From Octopus sinensis (taxonomy: Eukaryota), in contig NC_043019.1 in assembly GCF_006345805.1 (NCBI RefSeq), forward strand, positions 7,067,360 to 7,131,359: a stretch of 64,000 nt of DNA, in the 5' to 3' direction. How positions within the stretch are numbered: position 1 is the stretch's first letter; each line of letters begins with the position of its first letter. Shown here piece after piece: positions 40,546 to 52,372 of the stretch. The position numbers and the translations under genes were made by a program. Under the pieces are notes generated by a model that saw only the letters and a list, made by a program, of their open reading frames with translations, made no database searches and was not told the origin of the DNA.

Positions 40546-40920
40546 ACGACCCCCTTTTTCTTTTAATCAGTCATGTTCACGTGAAACATTTGAACCAAAT
40601 AAGACACTCTAGCCATGCCCATTCTGTCCGATTCCTATGTACCGAGAAGCCAGCGACTGCTTCACCCTGTGTATTGTCGTTTTCTTGAAGTCGATGAGCC
40701 GGTATAATCCTTGGGGCAAAATCCCGGACAAAATTGCTTAGAAGCATGTCGTCCGTCATCACGTACAGAGCTCAAATTCCCCTAAGGTCGACTTTGCCGT
40801 TCATCCTTTTCGGGGTCGATAAATTAAGTACCACTGATACACTGTGGTCGATGTAATCGACTGGTCCCCTCCCGCAAATGTCAGACCTTGTGCCGAAAAT
40901 AGAAAATTATTATTATTATC

Positions 40921-40951
<31 letters not shown>

Positions 40952-41800
40952 ATTATTATTATTGAAACAAAATTCAGGGTAGGTTCAGATTTAAGAGTGA
41001 TTTGGCTGCTAGTTCTAGCACAAGTAGAGATAATGTACAGTTATCTGTGTTAGTTTGTTGTAGCATGTTGTTATTGTTGTTGTTGCTATTGTTGGTTGTT
41101 TTGGTGGTAGCGGTAGCAGTGAGGAAAATGGTGGTGGTAGTGGATTTTGGTAATGACATAGGAGATGTGTGTAACCACCAGCTCTGGTGACTTGGCGGTT
41201 CGGGTAAATACCCAATAGAATAAGTAGCAGGTTTTAAAAACAAAAACAAAGAAAATCAAAGCAAATGAGTTGTGGCGGGTGGGGTCGACCCTTTCGATTG
41301 AAAATTCTTCAAGGCGGTGCCCCAGCATGGCCTCAGTCTGCTGAGATAAAACGAGTAAAACGATAACTGATAATAGAGGAATGTTAAGGTTGAAATGTCA
41401 ACAGATCGCTACCGCCACCTCAGCCCCACCCACCCCATCTTCATCACCAGCATCACTGCAGCCAGAAAGCCCTCATGGGCAACACCAACACCGAACTACA
41501 GCCCCAGCGCCGCCACAGCCACCGCCGCCAGCATTGCTACAGCCAACATACAACTTCGCCAAACCTTCCACAACGACGGCGGCGACCATCAGCGCCACCA
41601 CCACCACCACCACCATCACCACTACCACCACCAAACCAACGCCGTCACCATCTCCCAGACGATACGTGAAACGGATTTCCTTATAATAGTCACCATTAAA
41701 TTCACCGATATCGCGGCACCACTTCGTGTATATATCCCTATCTTCACAGTTGTGTGTGCACGTGCGTGTGTCTGCGTATGCGTGTGCGGGTAAATGTGTG
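37990..41800. repeat. GC/CpG-rich compound trinucleotide region upstream of the fucosyltransferase: (CCG), (GCT), (TAG), (GAA), (CAC), plus (GATA)n
   Basis: Seen directly; (CCG)-rich core at ~38045-38200. Confidence 0.85.
40735..40905 (+). mobile_element. Family A SINE, 5'-degraded
   Basis: aggtcgactttgccgttcatcc..ggggtcgataaattaagtacc. Confidence 0.75.
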
Positions 41801-41892
41801 TATGTTTGCATGTATGTTTATATTTATATATATACAAAATTTAGAGGACTGACCACTAACAGTAGATAGCCTGTATGCTAGATATAGTCGTC

Positions 41893-41992
41893 NNNNNNNN
41901 NNNNNNNNNNNNNNNNNNNNNNNNNNNNNNNNNNNNNNNNNNNNNNNNNNNNNNNNNNNNNNNNNNNNNNNNNNNNNNNNNNNNNNNNNNNN
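41893..41992. other. Assembly gap (100 N)
   Basis: Exactly 100 Ns, typical of a scaffolding gap of unknown size. Confidence 0.98.
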
Positions 41993-41994
41993 TG

Positions 41995-42620
41995 CGACTA
42001 GTCAGAGTATCATCCAAAAATAAATTGTTCAGTTAATCCTTATGAATACAAGCCGTGCCATATTGTAGCTTCTATATATTTCCATGATGTTTGCGAGAAA
42101 TATGCGAACTCAAAGCTTCCCGGTAAATACAGTGGTAGCGGTCAGTTGAAGCATATTATTCAAATATCACCTTATCACACCAAAACATTTCTGTTAGACT
42201 GTGTACATCTCCTACACATCTTACCAAGTATCATTCGCAAAGCGGCACAATTTGATCCCCTAGCAGCTTCATTTCGGGCACAGTCTATTCTTATGAGGTT
42301 ACTATTCCATTTATAGAACACGGAAATGCGATGAATATTTGATTTTGGAATACTCATCTCACAAGTCTGTTGCTGCAGATTTTCTTCGGCACTCAAAATA
42401 CGTTTCTGGTACTCTTTTTTGCATTGCAGGCCTCTTCGTTGTCGCCAGTCTTACAGGACGTTTCTTCTGGACAATCAGAACAGTTGGATCTGCTTTAAAA
42501 TTGTCTCTAAACCAAATGATATTAAACCGCGTAAATGCAGTGGTTCCGAATTTCTCACTAAATTCTCTGCGAACTTTGATTGTTTTCGAACTTCCAGGAG
42601 CACGTTAGTACACGTATTCT
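41995..42620 (-). pseudogene. Degraded Tc1/mariner-superfamily transposase fragment (N-terminal HTH to first catalytic motif)
   Basis: Minus frames: KVRREFSEKFGTTAFTRFNII..F.., EMSIPKSNIHRI, FWCDKVIFE*YASTDRYHCIY, resembling the F.DEA.F....NRHNCRYW block; stops and frameshifts present. Confidence 0.55.
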
Positions 42621-42657
42621 ATGTGTAAACGCTAGTCAGTTTCCTTTCATTATTTCC

Positions 42658-42775
42658 TAGTTCAAATTCCGGCGAGATCGATTTTGCCTTTCATCCTTTC
42701 GGGGATAACAAACTAAGTACCAGTTAAACACTGGACTCGATGTAATCGACACATGCCCTCCTCCCAAAATTAGAT
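42658..42775 (+). mobile_element. Family A SINE fragment
   Basis: ttcaaattccggcgagatcgattttgcctttcatcctttcgggg. Confidence 0.7.
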
Positions 42776-42915
42776 GAGCGACGAGCAGGTAAATTGTGTA
42801 TACATTGTGAAACTTGCCCAGTCTACATATGTCTGCCTGTTTGTGCACACACACACACACATATATATACATAAATACACACATACATACATACATACAT
42901 ATACATATACATACA

Positions 42916-42956
<41 letters not shown>

Positions 42957-43328
42957 ATATATATGTATGTATGTATGTATGTATACGTATGTACAAAGTA
43001 CTATTTGTTCTCGATCAGAGTTGTTCGAAAACGGAGGCACTATTGTATTTTATTTCTAAACTTACTCGCCAGGACTCGAAATGAATGGAAATCTGCAGAT
43101 AATGGAATTTTAAATGGCTTACTGATGAAGTTTTTATTTTCAGATCACCCTTGAGTGAAAAAAAATCCTGAAGCCAGAAAAGTATAAGAGAAAGAAAATG
43201 TTATACTTGTAAATATTCAGGAATTAATATTTTATTCTTTTCCTGACCAATTTGTCTATCCCTAAGAGGTTTTATGAATAACTCAATTTTATGTATTCAG
43301 CCACAGTATACCAAATATTGGACCGCTT

Positions 43329-43660
<332 letters not shown>

Positions 43661-44814
43661 GTCTGTCTCTCCGCCTGGCTGTCTCTTTCTCTATCACTTT
43701 CTGTCTGTCTCTCTATCGCTATCTATGTATCTCTGTCTGTCTGTATGTCCGTCTGTCTAACTATCTATTTATCTATCTGTCTGTCTGTTTCTCTACCTGG
43801 CTGTCTCTCTGTCTTTCTGAATGTCTGTTTCTCTGTCTATTTATTTATCTATCTAACTCTCTGTCTGTCTGCCTGTCCGCCCCGTCCGTCCATGTACGTA
43901 TGTATGTATGTATCTGTCTGTCTGTCTGGCTGGTTGACTAGCTGGTTCCCTCTCTCTGTCTTTCTCTCTATCTATCTCTCTGTCTATGTATATATATATA
44001 TCTCCCTCTCGCTATCGAGTCAACTATCGATCTGTTTGTCTATCTATTTCTACAAGACCATGTATTACAACACGGAAAATCCATTACATTAAAAGGAACG
44101 AAATAATTAAGCGAGACGCTATAATTGTCCCTAATCGTAACATCCTTGCACATTCCAGGAGTAAACAGGTGTGTTACTTCGCGAAAAACATTGTCCAGAC
44201 TTTACATTTATGCTTCAAATCTTTCACCATTACGATGACAAGTAAAATGGCGTTCATGCTTGTCTGAGGAAATTCCAAGCAATAACACCGACACTTGCTC
44301 TTATTCGTTTTCTCATTTTCCAAACAAATTACACCAACCTTCCCCATACAAAAAACGCCATTTAAGTTCTCCTTATCACACAATTATTTCAAGTCATACT
44401 TTAATACACGATTCATTAAATATATTGTCTCTAAATTATTTATCGCCCGATATGTCTTTCTTGACTATTTACCATCTTGAACAACATAATTATTTTTACT
44501 AAGCTCTTTAACAAACGGACCATTAAACATGCGCAGACAAACATCAGTCTGTCCGTCATTATGTCTCAAAATATAATTATTCCAAGCTAGTTGTTTATCG
44601 CTCGCTGCATTAAACATGTTAACACTATCTCGGCTGTCGATCTGTCTCCGTCTTCCTCAATGTATATGCGTAACTACATCGTTATTTCTTACTACTTTTA
44701 TGTTTACTCCGGTAAATATGTTAACAAAAACATTACCATTCTACGAATCAGCGTAGAGATAAGTGATTTTCTAGTTTCCACACTCGTTAATCTCAGATTC
44801 TGTATATATGTCAG

Positions 44815-44899
<85 letters not shown>

Positions 44900-45604
44900 G
44901 TGTGTGTGTGTGTGTGTCTGCGTGTGTCTGTGAGCGTGTGTGCGTGTGTGTGTGTGTGTGTGTATGTGTGTTAACATCCCTGTCACTTTGCACAGCGGCA
45001 AAAGAAGACGATAAAAGCGCCCATAACATGGTCGATTCGTTTGAGTAAAATTCTTAACGGCATTTCTGCAACTTAACCACCGTCTATAGACTGAAACAAA
45101 TAAAGGAATAAACGAATCCATTTATATTTATAAATACATACATACATTCATCCATCCATCCATCCATCCATACATCCATCCATCCATCCATACATACATA
45201 CATATGAACACCGCCGTGACCATATCGTATTCTTCGTCTGCCATAAAGGCATTATTTTCCAAATACGCCAGTTAAGCTAAGTTCAACTGTCTAAAGTCGT
45301 AAGACACCCGCTGTTTTTGTCCTGTCATTACTATTATTGTTTTTTGTATTTATATTCGTGTGGCATCGTCCATTTTTCTGTAAATGTTTCGTATACATTC
45401 GATCCTTTTTCCAAGAAATTTAATGCTTGTAGCTTAGTTTTTCCTTGGGGCTGGCTGGATCGGAGCGATCTCAAGATTAATCAGCCGAAATTGCAAGGAT
45501 GATCCGGTTCTTGACTGAAGATTAGAGGCTTCGAATGACCCGTCCGTTTTTGTGTCGTCCATTTGAGTGTTTTGCGTTCTTTGTATTTTTTAATATATAT
45601 TTTA

Positions 45605-45648
<44 letters not shown>

Positions 45649-45776
45649 ACTATACACACATACATAATCCCACACATACGTATATAAACATATATGCGCG
45701 TATGTATGCATAAACATATTTACACAAACGGGAGTAACTATAGAATAATGCTTCTGTTTTCGAGTAACTCTGATCG

Positions 45777-45845
<69 letters not shown>

Positions 45846-45938
45846 AAGAGAGAGAGAGAAATACATACATACATACATACATACATACATACATACATAC
45901 ATAGATGTATATAAAGCACGATTTCTTCGTGATCCGAG

Positions 45939-46044
45939 GGGTTCGTAAACCGAGGAACTACTGTATTATATGAATATGAGAAAGACAGGAGATAGTAAGG
46001 TGTCTTCATGATCAAAGTGGTTCGTAAACCGAGGTACTTCTGTA
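45939..46044 (+). mobile_element. Two direct copies of a pogo/Tigger-like right terminus
   Basis: GGTTCGTAAACCGAGGAACTACTG-TA (to 45965) and GGTTCGTAAACCGAGGTACTTCTG-TA (to 46044). Confidence 0.5.
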
Positions 46045-46529
46045 CTACTATTAATTTTAATCAAATGATACTCGTCGCTGTTACACGTGATTACTGTTTC
46101 CTTGCGTGCATTGGTCGACCAAAAAAGACTTACGGGGAGACTGAACTGTGCGCTCTCTCCAGCAAACCGAAGGCTCTCAGAGCTATATAAATGAAAGTTA
46201 TTGGACAGTCGATAAACAACGAATTGTTTGCCTTTTGTAGAATGGAACGACACGAGATTGAATTGACTAATAGACATTTTAAATATTTGCCTAACCAATC
46301 ATGTGTATGTATATGTGAGTGTGTGCGTATGTATTCATCGGTGTGTGTGTGTGTGTGTGTGTGTGTGTGCCTGAGCGTGAGTGTACGTGAGTATGCGCGT
46401 GTGTATGAATATGTATGTGCATTTCGATGAAACAAACGCAGAATAGACTTCTTAACGAATCAAACTTTTATACGTATTTTAATGTATATGTACCTATTTC
46501 CGTACATAATTTATACGTACAGGTATATG

Positions 46530-46531
46530 TA

Positions 46532-46594
<63 letters not shown>

Positions 46595-47862
46595 ATATAT
46601 ACAGATAAATATATATATATAGAGAGAGAGAGATAGAGAGAGGAGAGAGACGGAGAGAAAGAAAGAGAGAGATAAAAAACACACACACATACATACATAT
46701 GAATGGGGTGTGCGTGTACGTGCGTGTGGGTGTGTGCTTGAATTCTCTGAGAGGTTAATTTGAATTGTTTATCCGACTTTCTAGATTTTTCTGTAAACAA
46801 CCTTTCCTAAAAAAAGCGGCTGCAACACAATTAGACAAATATATTGGGCACACAAAGACATAGACGTATATTTGTATATCACATTTTGTACACGAGTGTA
46901 TGTGTATATGTATATATCTATATATTGTGAGTGGTGTTTGTGTGTGAATGTGTGTGTACGTGTTGTAGCAACGATACAGTAGCAATAAAGCCTCTAGATT
47001 TGCGAGTGTATGTTTTATATCGGTGTATTTCACACGACTGAAGTAGAGAAGAGCGTGATAATATATAACGAAAAATGCATCAAGCACATCGATATCCTAT
47101 TAATTATTTGAAGTAATTCTCTACAACACAACTGTCAAAAATGTATCGCCGCTTTCCTTCATTCACACACAATGTAGCAGATTTCGTGTGAAAATCTGTA
47201 ATTTGAGCTACATTTAACAGACGAACGAGTCACACATAACCTGCAGACATGCGGCACATAAGATTATTGGAGTACAAAATACTCCTAAATTTTGCCTCTT
47301 GTATCATATGTATAAAACACAGGATATAAATGAAGGCTAATATTGCAAATAACGTTTCAGCATTGCTGATTACATATTTTATTTTACTAATTATATGACT
47401 TGTCTTCATGTTGTGATTAAATCCGTCGCATGGAAAATATTTTAGTGAGTTGTTATTTAGAAATCACTCGAGAATTGATGTAAGTGAGATTTAAAAATTA
47501 ATCCTGTTTGCTTCAATAGAGCGGTTATATTTTATTAATAAAAATTATATCATATGATTTTATGGCAGATAAATGTCGGTAATGTAAATTTTGTGATGGA
47601 CAAACGTATTTTATAGTTTCTCCTATAAACGTTTTTAAAATTCATACACAGAATAATAAAATCTGATAATGGAACAGCATCCATTGATCCTCTGTACTGA
47701 GGATTCGCTCAAAAAGTTTCAAAAGCGAGGAAAGTCCCTGTAATGAGTTTGCGGTCAACGAATTTTCTTCATAAGATGTGGTCAAAGAATGCTGATTGAA
47801 AAAGCAACTGCTCGCTTTATTTCTTGATTGTGAAGTGGTAACATAATTCTTGACAATATATA

Positions 47863-47916
<54 letters not shown>

Positions 47917-47933
47917 TATATATATATATACAG

Positions 47934-47968
<35 letters not shown>

Positions 47969-49200
47969 TAGCGAGAGAGAGACAGAGAAAGAGAGAGATA
48001 AAAAACACACACATATACATACATATGAATGGGGTGTGCGTGTACGTGCGTGTGGGTGTGTGCTTGAATTCTCTGAGAGGTTAATTTGAATTGTTTATCC
48101 GACTTTCTAGATTTTTCTGTAAACAACCTTTCCTAAAAAAAAGCGGCTGCAACACAATTAGACAAATATATTGGGCACACAAAGACATAGACGTATATTT
48201 GTATATCACATTTTGTACACGAGTGTATGTTTGTATATGTATATATCTATATATTTGTGAGTGGTGTTTGTGTGTGAATGTGTGTGTACGTGTGTGTAGC
48301 AACGATACAGTAGCAAATAAAGCCTCTAGATTTGCGAGTGTATGTTTTATATCGGTGTATATTCACACGACTGAAGTAGAGAAGTAGCGTGATAATATAT
48401 AACGAAAAATGCATCAAAGCACATCGATATCCTATTAATTATTTGAAGTAATTCTCTACAACACAACTGTCAAAAATGTATCTCGCTTTCCTTCATTCAC
48501 ACACAATGTAGCAGATTTCGTGTGAAAATCTGTAATTTGAGCTACATTTAACAGACGAACGAGTCACACATAACCTGCAGAACATGCGGCACATAAGATT
48601 ATTGGAGTACAAAATACTCCTAAATTTTGCCTCTTGTATCATATGTATAAAACACAGGATATAAATGAAGGCTAATATTGCAAATAACGTTTCAGCAATG
48701 CTGATTACATATTTTATTTTACTAATTATATGACTTGTCTTCATGTTGTGATTAAATCCGTCGCATGGAAAATATTTTAGTGAGTTGTTATTTAGAAATC
48801 ACTCGAGAATTGATGTAAGTGAGATTTAAAAATTAATCCTGTTTGCTTCAATAGAGCGGTTATATTTTATTAATAAAAATTATATCATATGATTTTATGG
48901 CAGATAAATGTCGGTAATGTAAATTTTGTGATGGACAAACGTATTTTATAGTTTCTCCTATAAACGTTTTTAAAATTCATACACAGAATAATAAAATCTG
49001 ATAATGGAACAGCATCCATTGATCCTCTGTACTGAGGATTCGCTCAAACAGTTTCAAAAGCGAGGAAAGTCCCTGTAATGAGTTTGCGGTCAACGAATTT
49101 TCATTCATAAGATGTGGTCAAAGAATGCTGATTGTAAAAGCAACTGCTCGCTTTATTTCTTGATTGTGAAGTGGTTAACATAATTCTTGACCATATATAT
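46530..49200. repeat. Tandem duplication of a ~1.33-kb unit (2 copies)
   Basis: gaatggggtgtgcg at 46701 and 48027; acataattcttgac at 47841 and 49178; breakpoints lie in (TG)/(TA) microsatellites. Confidence 0.92.
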
Positions 49201-49440
49201 GTGTGTTGTGTATATGTTTGTGTGTCTGTGTTTGTCCCCCCCACCATCGCTTGACAACCGATGCTGGTGTGTTTACGTCCTCGTAAGCTAGCGGTTCGAC
49301 AAAACAGTCCGATAAAATAAGTACCAGGCTTCCAAAGAATAAGTCCTGGGGTCGATTTGCCTCGAATAAAGGCAGTGCTTCAGCATGGCCGCAGTCAAAT
49401 GACTAACAAAAGTAAAACAGAAAAGAGAAAGAGAAATAGA
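49200..49440 (+). mobile_element. Family B SINE 3' half
   Basis: tttgtccccccaccatcgcttgacaaccgatgc..gcatggccgcagtcaaatgact. Confidence 0.85.
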
Positions 49441-49806
49441 GTCCCCATTACTTCTGAAACTCAGAATATTTTACTTTTTTCAGGTTTAGCAAGTGTCGCA
49501 ACTTCCTCTCTTGTTGTCGTTTCGGATAAATTTGTCGATTTTATTGTTTAGTTAATGTCTCCCCTTCGTTGCGTTCTGTCGTGTCGTCTCATTATTGATT
49601 TAACTAAATCATTTCAATGTCGTGCATTCCACAATTATTCTCTCTATTATTTTCTCGTTGGCAATATAGATTTTACGCTCCATGCCTATGTGGGCGCGCG
49701 CTCTATGTGCTTGTATGCGTGTGTATGTATGTTTGTGTGTGTGTTGGAAGAGCGTGGTCGATCGCTTAAAGCTATCTGCTATGAAAATGCAATTATTTCT
49801 GCATAG

Positions 49807-49845
<39 letters not shown>

Positions 49846-50196
49846 TATATGCAAAGAAAAGAAAGCAGATATACAAAATATAAAGCCAAACAGGAAAAAT
49901 TTCACTTGTTACTTTATGTGTGTGTGTGTGTGTCTCTATGTGTGTCTGTGTATGTGTGTGTGTGTGTGTGTGTGTCGGTTTGTGTGTGTGTTTTGTATTT
50001 ATTGGTACATAGATATACAGATGGACAATTATTTTACGTACATTTGACAATAGAGAAATAATTGCTTTCTCATATCACAATATCTCTCGCGGGCGACACG
50101 CTCTTCACACATGCATACATACTTACATACACAATATATATATATATATGTGTATGTGTGTGTGTGTGTATGTATATATGTGTATATATATATCTA

Positions 50197-50272
<76 letters not shown>

Positions 50273-50364
50273 ATATATATTATATATATATATATAAAAT
50301 TTTAGGTCAGATATTGCCGAGGCAGGGATAGAAGTGCCTCGTGAAAATATCTGTTCCGATCTGG

Positions 50365-50477
50365 CTGTTTCTTACTGACGAATCTATCGGCCTATGGAAG
50401 ATTGGCTTGATTTAATTAATCAGGTTAGTTTACCATTAACCAATAGATGAAACGGTGCATCGTATAAGAAATTACAG
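50365..50477 (+). ncRNA. Type I hammerhead ribozyme, copy 1 (predicted cleavage GUA| after 50464)
   Basis: Stem I TTTCTTA(50368-74)/TAAGAAA(50465-71); CTGACGA 50375-81; stem II ATCTAT(50382-87)/ATAGAT(50443-48); GAAA 50449-52; stem III ACG..CGT; A17 at 50464. Confidence 0.85.
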
Positions 50478-50853
50478 GGTAAATGTTTTTTTAATTTTCT
50501 CCTGGTTTGCGGAATTAATGTTATTTTGCGGTTGTTGAAGCTTTGGCTGTTATTTCTAGTGGGTGAATGGCCTATTATGGCCGTTCTTGATTGTGATGTT
50601 GAACTTATAAATGGTCCATGACTATTTAATTTTTTCCCACTAGGCCGCTGGTGGCAAAAAAATTCTACAAAATTATTTGCCACCCTATTATTGATTAATT
50701 ATGAATTTTCTGGTTAATTCCGTAATGGAATCGGCGGCTTATATTTATTTGCTGCCGATAAATTTGGCGCGAGTGCGATGATTTGAAAATTTTAGGTCAG
50801 AATTGCCGAGGCAGGGATAGAAGTGCCTCGTGAAAATATCTGTTCCGATCTGG

Positions 50854-50966
50854 CTGTTTCTTACTGACGAATCTATCGGCCTATGGTAGATTGGCTTGAT
50901 TTAATTAATCAGGTTAGTTTACCATTAAACAATAGATGAAACGGTGCATCGTATAAGAAATTACAG
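50854..50966 (+). ncRNA. Type I hammerhead ribozyme, copy 2 (predicted cleavage GUA| after 50953)
   Basis: Stem I TTTCTTA(50857-63)/TAAGAAA(50954-60); CTGACGA 50864-70; stem II ATCTAT(50871-76)/ATAGAT(50932-37); GAAA 50938-41; stem III ACG..CGT. Confidence 0.85.
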
Positions 50967-51082
50967 GGTAAATGTTTTTTTAATTTTCTCTGGTTTGCGG
51001 AATTAATGTTATTTTGCGGTTGAAGCTTTGGCTGTTATTTCTAGTGGGTGAATGGCCTATTATGGCCGTTCCTTGATTGTGA

Positions 51083-51121
<39 letters not shown>

Positions 51122-51392
51122 TATATAATATAATAAATACATATATGCGTGTGTATCTGAGTTTGCGTGTGTGTGTGTTGACCAATTCCATTTCAGATAC
51201 AATATCTATTAAATATACTATTTTTTTAAAAATTGACTACAATGGTATCCACAACAGTTTGGCCAAATCATAGATGTCCAATCAAATAATATTATCCATA
51301 ATAAAAAAAAAAATATGACTCTCTCATTAAAAGTACTGGTCTTGATACATAATTAGTAACAATTAAATTTAATTCTTAATGATGGTCTAAAC

Positions 51393-51606
51393 GCAACAAG
51401 TTGGCAGAATCTTTAGCACGCCAGGCAAAATGCTGAGTGGCATTTCGTCCGTCCTGAGTTCAAATTCCGAGAAGGTCGATGTTTGCCCTTCATCCCTTTC
51501 AGCATCAATTAAATAAGTACCAGATGAGTACTGGGGTAGATGTAATCGACTATCCTCCTTCCCCCCTCAACATTTCCGGCCTTCTCTCTTTGCTAGAAAG
51601 GGTTAT
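51393..51606 (+). mobile_element. Family A SINE, diverged
   Basis: gttggcagaatctttagcacgccagg head; aataagtaccag core. Confidence 0.7.
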
Positions 51607-51813
51607 CGCCTGCAGTTTCAGAGTGAGGGCTAACTGGATTACATTGACTACAACCATCACGAGATGTCTATTTCATCCAAACAATGAAATGCAAAATCGA
51701 CCTCAACGACGCTGAACTTAGAACCGACAATCGGACTAAATAACGTGAAGCATATTGTCTAGATTGCTTATGTTTCTCCCAGCACACCACCTTGATTTTA
51801 TCATTAATAATAA

Positions 51814-52372
51814 TTCTTTCTAATGTAGGCACAAGGCCTGAAATTTTGAGGAAGGGGTCTAGTCGTTTATATCAACTCCAGTGCTTCACTGGTACTTGAT
51901 TTATCGACTCCGAAAGTATGAAAAGCAAAGGTGACCTCTGCGAAATTTGTACTCAGAACGCAGCGACGGGCGAAATACCTATCTCTTTGCTACCCGCGAG
52001 GGGCTGCACACAGAGGAGACAAACCGGAACAGACAAACGGATTAAGTTCGATTATATCGATCCCAGTGCGTAACTTTGCCTTTCATCCTTTCGGGGACGA
52101 TTAAATAACTACCAGTTACGCACTGGGGTCGATATAATCGACTTAATCCACTTGTCTGTTCTTGTTTGTCCTCTCTGTGTTTAGCACCTTGTGGGTAGTA
52201 AAGAGATAGGTATTTCGTCTGCCGTTACGTTCTGAGTTTTACCGAGGTCGACTTTGAGTTTCATCCCTTCGAGGTCGATAAAAAAGTACCAGTTGCATAC
52301 TGGGGTCCATCTAATCGACTTGACGCCTCCCCCAAAATTTCGAGTCTTGTGCCTAGAGTATAAAAGAAAGAA
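51814..52372. mobile_element. Head-to-head inverted pair of dimer-type family A SINE fragments
   Basis: Left arm 51814-52075 (-) and right arm 52114-52372 (+), separated by a 38-bp spacer of SINE core sequence. Confidence 0.8.

Larger units (their letters stand above)
50296..51084 (+). mobile_element. Terminally redundant (A-B-A, ~1.6 monomers) retrozyme-like or Penelope-associated element in (AT)n
   Basis: Direct repeats 50296-50598 and 50786-51084 (period ~490), each containing a hammerhead fold; (AT)n on both flanks; no convincing ORF. Confidence 0.7.

Noticed and set aside
41381-41837. Overlapping ORFs of 71-132 aa with His/Thr/Pro runs
   Set aside because: Low-complexity (CAC/ACC) sequence open in many frames; no homology recognised
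43115-43175. CTGATGA followed by a distant GAAA
   Set aside because: No stem II pairing adjacent to the core; expected by chance in AT-rich DNA
47697-47750. Hammerhead-like CTGAGGA-TTCGCT..AGCGAG-GAAA in the 1.33-kb duplicated unit (also at ~49030)
   Set aside because: Stem II closes with U-G rather than R-Y, and no complementary stem III/UH or stem I partner is found upstream or downstream
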